64,000 bases of DNA from an uncultured Solibacteraceae bacterium (lineage in GTDB: Bacteria; Acidobacteriota; Vicinamibacteria; Vicinamibacterales; SCN-69-37). The DNA lies in contig CAYRGW010000004.1 of NCBI GenBank assembly GCA_964423815.1, positions 370 through 64,369 of the forward strand. The letters are read 5' to 3'. The position numbers were made by a program, and so were the translations under genes. The notes under the pieces were generated by a model. The model searched no databases. It saw only the letters and a list, made by a program, of their open reading frames with translations, and was not told the origin of the DNA. Below, piece after piece: positions 9,354 through 19,046 of this stretch. Numbering within the stretch: position 1 is the stretch's first letter; each line of letters begins with the position of its first letter.

Positions 9354-10522
9354 AGCCGCTGCGCATGGCGTACCTTGTGGCCCTTGTAGCCGGCGTTGGA
9401 TTTTTCATCACGTCGGTCGTCTGGCTTGGTGTCTGGCCGGCGCGTGTGCTTGAAGAACAGGCGCGGGCGTTTGGTCCCACCGCCGCGCGTGTGCAGACGC
9501 CCAGCGAACTCCGGGGCCGCGAGATCTATGCACGGGAAGGCTGCGGGTACTGCCACACACAGCAGGTGCGATTCACCGCTGCCGATGAAGCCCGGTTTGG
9601 CGCACCCACTCTTGCGTGGGAGAGTCGCCGCGACGTGCCGCACATGCTCGGCACGCGGCGCATCGGCCCGGATCTGTCACGCGCGTCCGGCACCCGGCCG
9701 GAAGACTGGCATCTTGTCCATCTCTACAACCCCAGGCTTGTGGTGTCGCAGTCGGTCATGCCCGGTTATCCCTGGTTGTTTGACGATGGCCCGGACAGGC
9801 CGAAGCAGGCAGCCCTTGACGTGGTGGCGTACCTGCAGTCGCTCGGGCGCCCGCGGCTCCTGGCGGCGGTGGGCACAGACGATGTGATTGTTGTGAATCC
9901 TGCTTCGCGACGCCGAACCGGACCGTTGCCGACGCTGCCTGAGTCGACCGGTGCGCGCGGTCCGGAGCTGTACATGCAGCACTGCGCCTCGTGCCACGGA
10001 CCGGAGATGAAGGGTGATGGCCCAGGGACACGCGGGCTGCTGCCGTCGCCGACGTCGTTGGCCGATCGTTGGTATCGGTCCGAGCGGGTGCTTGAGGCGC
10101 TGTGGCACGGTGTGCCGGGCACCGCGATGCCCGCATGGCGGGACCTGCCGCTTGCCGATCTCGCGGCACTGGTGACACACGTGCGGCAGTCGACCGCCGA
10201 GGCGCGGCCCGATCAGCCCAGCGACACGCCCGCGCCTGATGCCACTGAGCGTGGCGCCCGCGTGTTTGCCGGCAACTGCGCCCAGTGCCATGGGCCCTCC
10301 GGCGCCGGTGACGGTCCGTCCGCCGGTTCACTCCAACGGCCTCCGACCAATTTCCGCCTGCAGCAAATGTCGTTTGCCGGGGTGGTGACCACCCTTGAGG
10401 AGGGGATTCCCGGCAGCATGATGGCCCCCTGGGGATCACGATTGAGCCGGGAGGACATGGCGGCGGTCGCTCATCACGTTCGAGGATTGTTCAGCGAAGA
10501 TGTTGTGAGGCCGAACCGATGA
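9350..10522 (+). CDS. ccoO: CcoO domain fused to two further cytochrome c domains (3 hemes)
   Basis: ATGA overlap; N-terminal TM; REGCGYCHTQQVR, GTRRIGPDL and SVMPGYPWLF are CcoO motifs; further CASCH and CAQCH. Confidence 0.88.
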   Translation: MKPLRMAYLVALVAGVGFFITSVVWLGVWPARVLEEQARAFGPTAARVQTPSELRGREIYAREGCGYCHTQQVRFTAADEARFGAPTLAWESRRDVPHMLGTRRIGPDLSRASGTRPEDWHLVHLYNPRLVVSQSVMPGYPWLFDDGPDRPKQAALDVVAYLQSLGRPRLLAAVGTDDVIVVNPASRRRTGPLPTLPESTGARGPELYMQHCASCHGPEMKGDGPGTRGLLPSPTSLADRWYRSERVLEALWHGVPGTAMPAWRDLPLADLAALVTHVRQSTAEARPDQPSDTPAPDATERGARVFAGNCAQCHGPSGAGDGPSAGSLQRPPTNFRLQQMSFAGVVTTLEEGIPGSMMAPWGSRLSREDMAAVAHHVRGLFSEDVVRPNR

Positions 10523-10674
10523 TGCCCGACCTTCTCGTGTACGCGGTCCTTGTCCTCACCGCCGGCTTTGTCCTCGCCTGGGCGCTGAGTCCCAGGCTCC
10601 GGGCGCGGATCGAGGCGCCGAAGTATCTGTTCGTCGAGGACATTCAACGTTACGATCGGACACACCATGACTGA
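10519..10674 (+). CDS. 51-aa single-TM protein, CcoQ-like small subunit (not in the ORF track)
   Basis: MMPDLLVYAVLVLTAGFVLAWALSPRLRARIEAPKYLF...; overlaps both neighbours; TM followed by E-x-PKY as in CcoQ-type subunits. Confidence 0.7.
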   Translation: MMPDLLVYAVLVLTAGFVLAWALSPRLRARIEAPKYLFVEDIQRYDRTHHD

Positions 10675-11629
10675 CCCGGCCACCACTCGTTCGTCGTCAG
10701 GCTGGACCGTCGCGTTGGCTGTCACCGGCGTGCTCGGCATGGTGGCGCTGGCTGCCACGTTGTTTGTGGTGGCTGACCGGGCCACCGTTGACGGCGAAGT
10801 GCAGGCCGAAGCCACGCCTGAATATGGCCGCCAGCTGATTGCGCAGACCGCGATGTTGATCGGCCCGAATCATCCCGATCCCGAGATGCGATACACGGGC
10901 AGCGGCCTCAATTGTGGGTCATGCCATCTGCAGACCGGCGAATTACCCGGGCAGTTGTCGCTCACGGAAACCTATCAGCGGTATCCACGGTTCTCAGGCC
11001 GGGATGGCCGAGAGGCCGACCTGAAGGATCGCATCGACGGGTGTATGGAGCGCAGCATGAACGGCCGCGTGCTTCCGCGTGATGGTGTCGAGATGAACGC
11101 GATGGTGGCGTACATCAAGATGCTCAGCGACGAATATGCCGCGATGAATCCGCTGGCGAAAGCGATCAACGAACCGGCACCCTTCCGCACGCCAAACCGC
11201 GCGGCCTCCCCCGAGGCCGGCAAGCTGGTCTACGACGACAAATGCGCCGTGTGCCACGGGCGCGACGGATCGGGTCTGCCCGCGTCGTCGGATCCCCGAC
11301 GGGGCTACGTGTTTCCACCGCTCTGGGGCGACGACTCGTTTAATAACGGCGCGGGCATGGGGCGCGTGATCACGGCATCACGGTTCATCAAGGCCAAGAT
11401 GCCGTTCGGCAAACCTGACCTCACAGACGATGAAGCGTTCGACGTCGCCGCCTTTATCAACTCGCAGCCGCGGCCGATGCTGAGTCCGGAGAAACTTGCG
11501 AGCGACTACCCGGACAGGGCGACCAAACCCATCGACTCCCCATATCCGCCGTACGCGGATCCCTTCACCGTCGATCAGCACCGCTTTGGTCCGTTCCAGC
11601 CGATCGAAGCGTTCTACAAAAAGAAGTAG
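10667..11629 (+). CDS. tsdA: Membrane-anchored TsdA-like diheme cytochrome c (thiosulfate dehydrogenase family)
   Basis: CGSCH, distal Cys in IDGCMERSMNG, CAVCH, PPLWGDDSFNNGAGM, FIKAKMP. Confidence 0.75.
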   Translation: MTDPATTRSSSGWTVALAVTGVLGMVALAATLFVVADRATVDGEVQAEATPEYGRQLIAQTAMLIGPNHPDPEMRYTGSGLNCGSCHLQTGELPGQLSLTETYQRYPRFSGRDGREADLKDRIDGCMERSMNGRVLPRDGVEMNAMVAYIKMLSDEYAAMNPLAKAINEPAPFRTPNRAASPEAGKLVYDDKCAVCHGRDGSGLPASSDPRRGYVFPPLWGDDSFNNGAGMGRVITASRFIKAKMPFGKPDLTDDEAFDVAAFINSQPRPMLSPEKLASDYPDRATKPIDSPYPPYADPFTVDQHRFGPFQPIEAFYKKK

Positions 11630-11635
11630 GTTGCC

Positions 11636-12448
11636 ATGTTCTCGCGACTTCTGGCCATCGGCGCTCTTGCGTTGTCCCTGTTGCCTGCCCAGGCGCAGAC
11701 GTGGACCCCACTTTTTAACGGCCACGATCTGACCGGCTGGACACCGAAGTTCGCCAAACACGAGCTGGGCGTCAACCTGCACGACACCTTTCGTGTGGAA
11801 GACGGTGTGTTGAAGGTGGCCTACGACAAGTGGACAAGTTTTGACGGCGAGTTTGGTCACCTGTTCTACGCGCAACCCTACTCGCACTATCGCATCGCCG
11901 CCGAATATCGATTTGTCGGCGAACAATTGCCGGCCGCCGCGCGGGGTGTCGGGTGGGCGGTCCGCAACAACGGTTTCATGCTGCATGCGCAGGACCCCAA
12001 AACGATGGTTCGTGATCAGGATTTTCCGATCTCGATCGAAGTGCAGTTCCTCGGGGGGTTAGGTACGGGTGTGCGACCGACCGCGAACCTCTGCACGCCG
12101 GGCACCCATGTGGTGCTTGGTGGGCAGCTCAGGACCGCGCACTGCACCAACTCCAACGCCAGGACGTATCACGGCGACCAGTGGGTGCGTGTCGAGGTGC
12201 TGGTGCTGGGCGACGACTTGATTCGTCACTACGTCGAGGGCGAGGTGGTGATGGAGTACACCAAGCCGCAGATCGGTGGCGGAAATGTGTCACCGACCGA
12301 TCCAGCCATCAAAATTGACGGCACACCGCTGACGGGCGGATTTATCGCGATCCAGTCGGAAACCGCACCAACGGAGTTCCGGAAGATCGAGATTCAGAAC
12401 CTCGAGCACTGCAAGGCGGACATCACGGCCTGCACCGGCCGTTGGTGA
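11636..12448 (+). CDS. DUF1080 (3-keto-disaccharide hydrolase-like) secreted protein
   Basis: Signal peptide; LFNGHDLTGW; SIEVQ; GGFIAIQSE; EFRKIEI. Confidence 0.9.
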   Translation: MFSRLLAIGALALSLLPAQAQTWTPLFNGHDLTGWTPKFAKHELGVNLHDTFRVEDGVLKVAYDKWTSFDGEFGHLFYAQPYSHYRIAAEYRFVGEQLPAAARGVGWAVRNNGFMLHAQDPKTMVRDQDFPISIEVQFLGGLGTGVRPTANLCTPGTHVVLGGQLRTAHCTNSNARTYHGDQWVRVEVLVLGDDLIRHYVEGEVVMEYTKPQIGGGNVSPTDPAIKIDGTPLTGGFIAIQSETAPTEFRKIEIQNLEHCKADITACTGRW

Positions 12449-12493
12449 GAGAAAAAGGAACGAACAGGTCGCCCGTGCACGTATTGTCCTGAC

Positions 12494-14296
12494 ATGGACA
12501 ACACCCCCCTTCGAGTCCGGCCCGGCGTCGCCCTGGTGATCCTGCAGTGGCTGTTGACCTACGTCCTGCCCGCCGTCGCTCCCAACGCTGAAGTGGCTGA
12601 GGTGCCCCTCAGTCTCATCGGGATGGTGGGTGGCCTCATCTGCGGTGTGGGCATTGTCATCTGGTGGCTCGCCTTCAGCCGCGCGCGGTGGTTCGAGCGA
12701 ATCGGTGCGCTGGCGCTGATCGTCGTCGCACTGCTCGTGACCAGAATCCTGGTCGATCCTTCGATTGAAAACGCGGGCATGGGTTTTCTGCTGTTTATTG
12801 GCGCAGTGCCCGGCTGGAGCCTGGCGCTCGTGGTGGGCGCGGCGGTCGCCACGAAACTTTCCGGCGCTGGTCGCATGGTCGCGTTGACCGTCGCGATAGT
12901 CCTGTCGTGTGTGCCGTGGATGCTGTTGCGGACCGGCGGCGTGGACTCAACCGGGTCCGAGTACCACTGGCGATGGACGCCCACACCCGAAGAGATCCTG
13001 CTCGCGCGTGGCGACGATGTGCCTCCCGTCGTCGCTGCACCGCCCGTGGTCTCTCCTGATCCGGTTGCACCCGAGGTGGTCGCCCCCGCCCTGAGCGAGG
13101 CCGTCCCCGGCCGAGTCGAAGGGCGAGTCGAAGGGCCAGTCGAAAGGGTCGAATGGCCCGGCTTCCGCGGCCCGCTTCGTGACGGTGTGGTGCGAGGCGT
13201 CCGCATCAACACTGACTGGACGACCTCGCCGCCGGTCGAGTTGTGGCGTCGCCCCATCGGTCCCGGCTGGTCATCGTTTTCAGTCCAGGGCGATCTGATC
13301 TACACGCAGGAGCAACGCGGCGACGATGAGCTCGTGTCGTGTTACCGGCTGTCAACGGGGGAGCCCGTGTGGGGACATCGCGATGCCGTGCGCTTCTGGG
13401 AGTCCAACGGCGGTGCCGGTCCACGCGCGACGCCCACCATCCACGAGGGGCGCATCTACGCGTTTGGCGCGACGGGCATTCTCAACGCCCTTGATGCCCG
13501 AACGGGTGCGCGCTTGTGGTCCCGTCAGGTGGCGACCGACACCAAGCGGGAGCTGCCCATCTGGGGTTTTGCGAGTTCACCGCTGGTCATCGGCGACCTG
13601 GTCATTGTGGCGACGGCGGGAACACTGGCGGCGTACGAGCGCGTGACCGGCGATCACCGATGGACCGGCCCCTCCTATGGCGGCAGCTACAGTTCGCCCC
13701 ACCGCGTGACGTTTGACGGCGTGGAGCAGGTCGTGTTGCTGGGTGGTCCTGGCGCGATCAGTGTGGCACCCGCAGACGGCACCGTTCTGTGGACGCATGT
13801 GTGGGAGCCCGGTCCGATCGTGCAACCGGCCTTGACGGCCGACGGAGACATTCTCATCAATGCCATCGCGACCACCGGCGGAATTGGTGTGCGACGGCTG
13901 GCGGTCACCCGCCCAGGCGGGGTGTGGACACTTGAAGAGCGCTGGACGTCGATCGGGCTCAAGCCGTATTTCAACGATCTCGTGGTGCACAAGGGCCACG
14001 CGTACGGGTTTGACGGCAGCATCCTGTCCGCCATCGATCTGACGGACGGCACACGCAAGTGGAAGGGTGGCCGGTACGGCAACGGCCAGCTCATCCTGCT
14101 GGCGGAGCAGGACCTGCTGCTGGCGATCTCGGAAGAGGGCGTACTCGCGCTGGTCTCCGCCACGCCGGACAAGTTCACCGAACTCGCGACCTTTCCCGCA
14201 CTCGACGGCAAGACGTGGAATCACCCGGTCGTTGTCGGCGATACTCTGCTCGTGCGAAACGGCGTCGAGATGGTGGCCTTCCGCCTTCCGCGCTGA
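12494..14296 (+). CDS. Membrane-anchored PQQ-binding-like beta-propeller protein
   Basis: N-terminal TMs; EWPGFRGP; ELWRRPIGPGWSS; repeated G..LW propeller motifs. Confidence 0.85.
   Translation: MDNTPLRVRPGVALVILQWLLTYVLPAVAPNAEVAEVPLSLIGMVGGLICGVGIVIWWLAFSRARWFERIGALALIVVALLVTRILVDPSIENAGMGFLLFIGAVPGWSLALVVGAAVATKLSGAGRMVALTVAIVLSCVPWMLLRTGGVDSTGSEYHWRWTPTPEEILLARGDDVPPVVAAPPVVSPDPVAPEVVAPALSEAVPGRVEGRVEGPVERVEWPGFRGPLRDGVVRGVRINTDWTTSPPVELWRRPIGPGWSSFSVQGDLIYTQEQRGDDELVSCYRLSTGEPVWGHRDAVRFWESNGGAGPRATPTIHEGRIYAFGATGILNALDARTGARLWSRQVATDTKRELPIWGFASSPLVIGDLVIVATAGTLAAYERVTGDHRWTGPSYGGSYSSPHRVTFDGVEQVVLLGGPGAISVAPADGTVLWTHVWEPGPIVQPALTADGDILINAIATTGGIGVRRLAVTRPGGVWTLEERWTSIGLKPYFNDLVVHKGHAYGFDGSILSAIDLTDGTRKWKGGRYGNGQLILLAEQDLLLAISEEGVLALVSATPDKFTELATFPALDGKTWNHPVVVGDTLLVRNGVEMVAFRLPR
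13089..13148 (+). repeat. REP-like palindrome plus tandem GTCGAAGGG units inside the coding frame
   Basis: CCCTGAGCGAG-GCCG-TCCC-CGGC-CGAGTCGAAGGG, then CGAGTCGAAGGG and CAGTCGAAAGGG. Confidence 0.65.
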
Positions 14297-14311
14297 TGGA
14301 ATGAGGACACG

Positions 14312-14833
14312 ATGGAGTTTGATCTGAAGGACGGCGTCGCCATTCTGCAGCGCACGCCGCAGACGTTGACGAGCCTGTTGTCAGGACTTTCTTCAGACTG
14401 GACGGACGCCACCGAGGGGCCAGACACGTGGAGTCCGTATATCGTGCTGGGCCATCTGATTCACTGCGAACGCGCAGACTGGATCCCCCGCGCGCGCATC
14501 ATTCTTGAACAGGGTCCATCACGCAGATTTACGCCGCTCGACCGACTGGCGCAGCTGCGCGAGGGGCGCGATCGGTCGCTGGACGACCTGCTCGACACAT
14601 TCGCCAAGCTTCGCGCCGGCAATCTCCAAACACTCGCCGGTTGGGAGTTGACCGACGTCGAGCTCGCGCTCGAGGGTGAACATCCCGAGTTCGGGGCGGT
14701 GACGATGCGGCAGTTACTGGCCACGTGGGTTGCCCACGACCTTGGCCACCTCGTCCAGATCAACCGCGTGCTGGCCAGGCAGTATCGCGATGCGGTCGGT
14801 CCGTGGCGGGCGTACCTCTCTGTGATGCGTTAA
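14312..14833 (+). CDS. DinB family protein
   Basis: WSPYIVLGHLIHCE; WVAHDLGHLVQI. Confidence 0.88.
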   Translation: MEFDLKDGVAILQRTPQTLTSLLSGLSSDWTDATEGPDTWSPYIVLGHLIHCERADWIPRARIILEQGPSRRFTPLDRLAQLREGRDRSLDDLLDTFAKLRAGNLQTLAGWELTDVELALEGEHPEFGAVTMRQLLATWVAHDLGHLVQINRVLARQYRDAVGPWRAYLSVMR

Positions 14834-14842
14834 CACGCGGGC

Positions 14843-14877
14843 CGAACCCGGAACCCATAACTTTGAACCCGGGAACC
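14843..14877 (-). repeat. Intergenic heptamer tandem repeat (GGGTTCN family)
   Basis: + strand CGAACCC GGAACCC ATAACTT TGAACCC GGGAACC. Confidence 0.6.
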
Positions 14878-14903
14878 TCGCGTCTGGGATTACACTTGCC
14901 CCC

Positions 14904-16025
14904 GTGCGGACGCTCGGAGTGGGACTTGTCGGGGTGGGCTGGGTCGCGAGCCAGCATCTGGCTGCCTTTGCGAACAACCCTCACTGCCGCATCGTGGCGC
15001 TGTGTGGACGCGATGAAACGCGCGCCCGAAAGCGCCTTGCCGCCGACGGCCTGACCTTCCCGGACGCGCGGTTCACGACGCGTTTTTCGGCCCTGCTCGC
15101 CGCGCCGGATATCGACATCATCTCCATCGCCACACCCAATCACCTGCACGCCGATCAGGCGGTGGCGGCGGCGAAGGCCGGCAAACACCTCCTGCTGGAG
15201 AAACCCACAGGTCTTGATGAGGCCGAGCTCAAACGGATTCGCGACGCCGTCCGCCAGGCGGGTGTGCGCACCATCGTGTCGTTTGAGTTGCACTACAACC
15301 CCTACCTGCGATTCGCCAGATGGCTGCGCCAGGAAGGCTGGCTCGGCAAGCTGATCTTTGCGCGTTTCCAGTACCTCTCGCGCGTGACCGACTGGTATTC
15401 CGGGTGGTCGTGGGTCCGCACCACAAAAAGCGGTCGGAGTCATCTGCTTGCCGCCGGCTGCCATGCCGTGGATGCACTCCGATGGTGCACCGGCCTTGAA
15501 GTGACCGAGGTCTCGGCCTTTGCCTCCACGATCACGGCCGGTTACCAGTGGCCGACGTCGGTCATCGCCAACCTGAAGATGACCTCGAGCGGTGCGAAGC
15601 GTGGACAACCCGTGCTCGCACAACTGGTCAGCTCCACCGATCTGCAGATGCCGTACGCCTTCGGCGTCGAGATGATGGGCGACCAGGCCACCCTGCGCGA
15701 TGACCTGATCCTCTGGCAGGACACGCCCGTGGATCTGGCCGCTCTCCGTCGGGCCTGTCCGTTCGACGATGTGACCCTGGTTGAGACGAAGACCTCCACC
15801 GGCGCTCCGGCGATTCGTATTGAGACGGCAATGCCCGGATCAGCGGATGTGGCGCATCATCCGTTTCAGGGCGAGATCGACGAACTGGTGGCCTGTGTCC
15901 TTGAGGACCGTGAGACCCACCTCAACGTGTTTGACGCCGAGGTCACGATGCGCGTGTGCCTCGCCGTGGATCGGTCGGCCGCGCGTGAGGGCCGCACGGT
16001 CAAGCTGACAAAGGGGACGCAATGA
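14904..16025 (+). CDS. Gfo/Idh/MocA oxidoreductase (no Tat signal)
   Basis: GLVGVGWVA Rossmann motif; TPNHLH; LLEKP. Confidence 0.9.
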   Translation: MRTLGVGLVGVGWVASQHLAAFANNPHCRIVALCGRDETRARKRLAADGLTFPDARFTTRFSALLAAPDIDIISIATPNHLHADQAVAAAKAGKHLLLEKPTGLDEAELKRIRDAVRQAGVRTIVSFELHYNPYLRFARWLRQEGWLGKLIFARFQYLSRVTDWYSGWSWVRTTKSGRSHLLAAGCHAVDALRWCTGLEVTEVSAFASTITAGYQWPTSVIANLKMTSSGAKRGQPVLAQLVSSTDLQMPYAFGVEMMGDQATLRDDLILWQDTPVDLAALRRACPFDDVTLVETKTSTGAPAIRIETAMPGSADVAHHPFQGEIDELVACVLEDRETHLNVFDAEVTMRVCLAVDRSAAREGRTVKLTKGTQ

Positions 16026-16921
16026 CAGGTGACTGGACCAGACGCACGTTTCTGAAGACGACGGTTGGGGCGGTGGCGGCGGCGCCGCTCTCTCATGCCT
16101 GGCTGTCGGCGCAACCGGCCCCGCTGTTCAAGATTTCCCTGGCGCAGTGGTCGCTCCACCGCACGTTGCGCGCCAAGGAGATCGATCACCTCGATTTTGC
16201 GCGGGTGGCCAAACGTGACTTCGGCATCGAGGCCATCGAATACGTGAACTCGTTCTTCAAGGACAAAGCGCGTGATGCCGCCTATCTCGCCGAGATGAAC
16301 AAACGCGCAGCTGATGAGGGCGTCACGCAGTACCTCATCATGTGTGACGGCGAGGGGCGCCTCGGGGATCCGGACGCGGCCCTGCGCACCACCGCCGTTG
16401 AAAATCATCGCAAATGGCTCGAAGCCGCCACGGTGCTCGGGTGCGTGACCATCCGCGTGAACGCCGCGAGCGTCGGGTCCTTCGAAGAGCAGCAGAAGCT
16501 GGCTGCAGACGGCCTGCGGCAACTCACCGAAATCGCCGCGCCAATGAACCTCAACGTCGTGGTCGAAAATCACGGCGGGCTGTCGTCAGACGGCAAGTGG
16601 CTGTCCGGCGTGATGAAGATGGTGGGCCATCCCCGCTGCGGCACGTTGCCCGACTTTGGCAACTTCTACGAATACGACCGCTACCAGGGTGTGGCAGACC
16701 TGATGCCGTTTGCCAAGGCCGTGTCCGCCAAAACGCACGACTTTGACGAGCAGGGCAACGAGGCGCAGAAGGATTACCGACGCCTGATGAAGACCGTGCT
16801 GGATGCCGGGTACCGGTCGTGGGTCGGGATCGAATACGAGGGATCCAAACTGCCCGAGCGTGAAGGCATCGCAAAAACCAAGGCGCTTCTTGAAAAAGTC
16901 CGTGCGGAGATGACCAAATGA
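16022..16921 (+). CDS. Tat-exported sugar phosphate isomerase/epimerase (TIM barrel)
   Basis: TRRTFLK; VVENHGG; LPDFGNF; GIEYEG. Confidence 0.9.
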   Translation: MTGDWTRRTFLKTTVGAVAAAPLSHAWLSAQPAPLFKISLAQWSLHRTLRAKEIDHLDFARVAKRDFGIEAIEYVNSFFKDKARDAAYLAEMNKRAADEGVTQYLIMCDGEGRLGDPDAALRTTAVENHRKWLEAATVLGCVTIRVNAASVGSFEEQQKLAADGLRQLTEIAAPMNLNVVVENHGGLSSDGKWLSGVMKMVGHPRCGTLPDFGNFYEYDRYQGVADLMPFAKAVSAKTHDFDEQGNEAQKDYRRLMKTVLDAGYRSWVGIEYEGSKLPEREGIAKTKALLEKVRAEMTK

Positions 16922-18222
16922 CCACACCCAAATCCCGTCGTCACTTCCTGAAAACCACCGCAGCGGCCGCGGTCGCTGCAGGCCTGGCCGGTCGAGAGGC
17001 CGACGCAGCCGAAGACCTCGAGCCCATTCCCCAGGCGCAGGCACGGCCCGCGCTCGGTCCGAACGATGTCGTGAAGATTGCGGTGATTGGCACCGGCGGC
17101 ATGGGGACCGGTCATGCGGAAGCGTTTGCGAGGAACGCGCGCGATGGACGGCCCGTGCGTCTCGAAGCCCTGTGTGATCTGTGTGATCCGCGGCTGGCCA
17201 ATGCGAAGGCACGGGTGGACAAGGTCCAGGGCGGAGACATCGCGACCTATCGCCGGCACGAAGAGGTGCTCGCACGTCCGGACATTCACGGCGTGCTCAT
17301 CGCCACACCGGAACACTGGCATGGCCGCATGGCCGAAGAGGCGATCAAGGCCGGCAAGGACGTCTACGTCGAAAAGCCGATGACGCTGAACCTCAAGGAT
17401 GCCCAGCGCCTGCGGAAAGTGGTGCAGGCGAATCCGTCGGCGATCGTCGTGGTTGGCACCCAGTACGTGATGACGCCGTCGTACGTGGCCGCTGAAAAAC
17501 TCATCGCGGAAGGCGCGATCGGCAAACCCGTCTGGAGCCAGACGAGTTATTGCCGGAACTCCAAGGTCGGTGAGTGGACCTACTACGCCATTGACCCCAA
17601 CTGGAAGCCCGGTGAGAACCTCGATTGGGCGCAGTGGTGCAAGCCGCTCGGCAAGGCGTCGTGGAATCCCGAGATCTACGCGCGCTGGCGCCGATACAAG
17701 AAATATTCATCCGGCATCATCGGCGACCTGCTCGTGCATCACGTGACGCCGACCTTGAAGGCGCTCAATGTGGGCTGGCCCACACGTGTGGTGGCCACCG
17801 GCGGTCACATGGTCGACAAAGCCATGGAAAACCCCGACCAGATCAACATCAGCATCGACTTCGAGAACGATCACACGATGGTCGTCGCAGGTTCGACGTG
17901 TAACGAGCTGGGTCTGGAGCGGATCATCCGCGGCCACAAGGCCAATCTGTTTGTGGGTGGACGCAACGCGATCATCCGTCCGGAGCGCATCTGGGCGGAC
18001 GAGATCGAAGAACGCGAAATTGCTCCGGAGGGTGAGGTCCTCGATCCTCAGGAGATGCTGCGTCGTCACTGGGTGGACAGCATCCGCACCCGAGAGAAAC
18101 CCAAGAGCGACGTTGAACTGGGCACCAAGGTCATGGTGATCGTGGACCTGGCGCAGCGCTCGTTCTGGGAACGTGCCGCCTTCGGCTTCGACCCGCGCTC
18201 GGGGAAGGTTCGCAAGCTCTGA
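16918..18222 (+). CDS. Tat-exported Gfo/Idh/MocA oxidoreductase
   Basis: SRRHFLK; IGTGGMG; TPEHWH; YVEKP. Confidence 0.9.
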   Translation: MTTPKSRRHFLKTTAAAAVAAGLAGREADAAEDLEPIPQAQARPALGPNDVVKIAVIGTGGMGTGHAEAFARNARDGRPVRLEALCDLCDPRLANAKARVDKVQGGDIATYRRHEEVLARPDIHGVLIATPEHWHGRMAEEAIKAGKDVYVEKPMTLNLKDAQRLRKVVQANPSAIVVVGTQYVMTPSYVAAEKLIAEGAIGKPVWSQTSYCRNSKVGEWTYYAIDPNWKPGENLDWAQWCKPLGKASWNPEIYARWRRYKKYSSGIIGDLLVHHVTPTLKALNVGWPTRVVATGGHMVDKAMENPDQINISIDFENDHTMVVAGSTCNELGLERIIRGHKANLFVGGRNAIIRPERIWADEIEEREIAPEGEVLDPQEMLRRHWVDSIRTREKPKSDVELGTKVMVIVDLAQRSFWERAAFGFDPRSGKVRKL

Positions 18223-18230
18223 GCACCGAC

Positions 18231-19046
18231 GTGCTGCGGTTCGCCACCGCAGCCATGGCGACGCGGTTCGAGCTGGTGCTGCCTGCGGCGCGCTCGACCT
18301 TGGCACTCGCGCCCATCGGCGAGCTGGTCATGGCCGAAATCGACGAGTGGCACCAGCGCCTGAATCGTTTTGCGCCCGACAGCTGGGTCACACATGCCAA
18401 TCGAACCGCCGCGACGACGGCGGTTCGATGTGATGAAGACGTGTGGGCGATGTTGGTGGATGCGCAGGCCGTGTGGCGGGCGTCAGGCGGGGCGTTCGAC
18501 ATCACACGCGGGCACGGCGACGCGCTCAGCCTCGACGCGACCACACGGACGGTGCGATTCTGCGACCCGGCGATGACGATGGACCTCGGTGGTATTGCGA
18601 AGGGCCATGCACTTGATTGTTGTGCCCGGATTCTCCGCGCCCATGGGGTGACCTCCGCGTTTTTGCACGGCGGCACCAGCAGCGGGATCGCGATTGGCCT
18701 CGACCCGACGGGTGAATCCTGGCACATCGGACTCCGGGACCCCGCCTTCACCAAGGCTACGGCGGGCAGGCCCCGGAACTCCGGGACTTCGGGACTTCGG
18801 ATTGTCGACTTCGCGTTTTCTGTCTCAGATGCCGGAGCGCAGACCCATCCGCACATCGTTGATCCACGATCAGGTGTGCCTGTCGAGGGAGCGATGACGT
18901 CGGTGGTGGTGACGGGACCGTCGGCGCGTCTGTGCGACGCGTGGTCAACCGCGTACGTCGTTCTTGGTCCAGCGGCGGTTGTCCGGGGACACACGAGAGT
19001 TGGCCAGACGATCAGAATTGGCGCACAATCTCCACGGCATGGATAG
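18231..19046 (+). CDS. apbE: FAD:protein FMN transferase (ApbE family), no signal peptide visible
   Basis: DLGGIAKG; HIVDPRSG; CDAWSTA. Confidence 0.85.
   Translation: MLRFATAAMATRFELVLPAARSTLALAPIGELVMAEIDEWHQRLNRFAPDSWVTHANRTAATTAVRCDEDVWAMLVDAQAVWRASGGAFDITRGHGDALSLDATTRTVRFCDPAMTMDLGGIAKGHALDCCARILRAHGVTSAFLHGGTSSGIAIGLDPTGESWHIGLRDPAFTKATAGRPRNSGTSGLRIVDFAFSVSDAGAQTHPHIVDPRSGVPVEGAMTSVVVTGPSARLCDAWSTAYVVLGPAAVVRGHTRVGQTIRIGAQSPRHG
18741..18803 (+). repeat. REP-like hairpin plus GGGACTT heptamers within apbE
   Basis: CCCGCC-TTCACCAAGGCTAC-GGCGGG-CAGG, then GGAACTCC GGGACTT CGGGACTT CGGATT. Confidence 0.55.
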
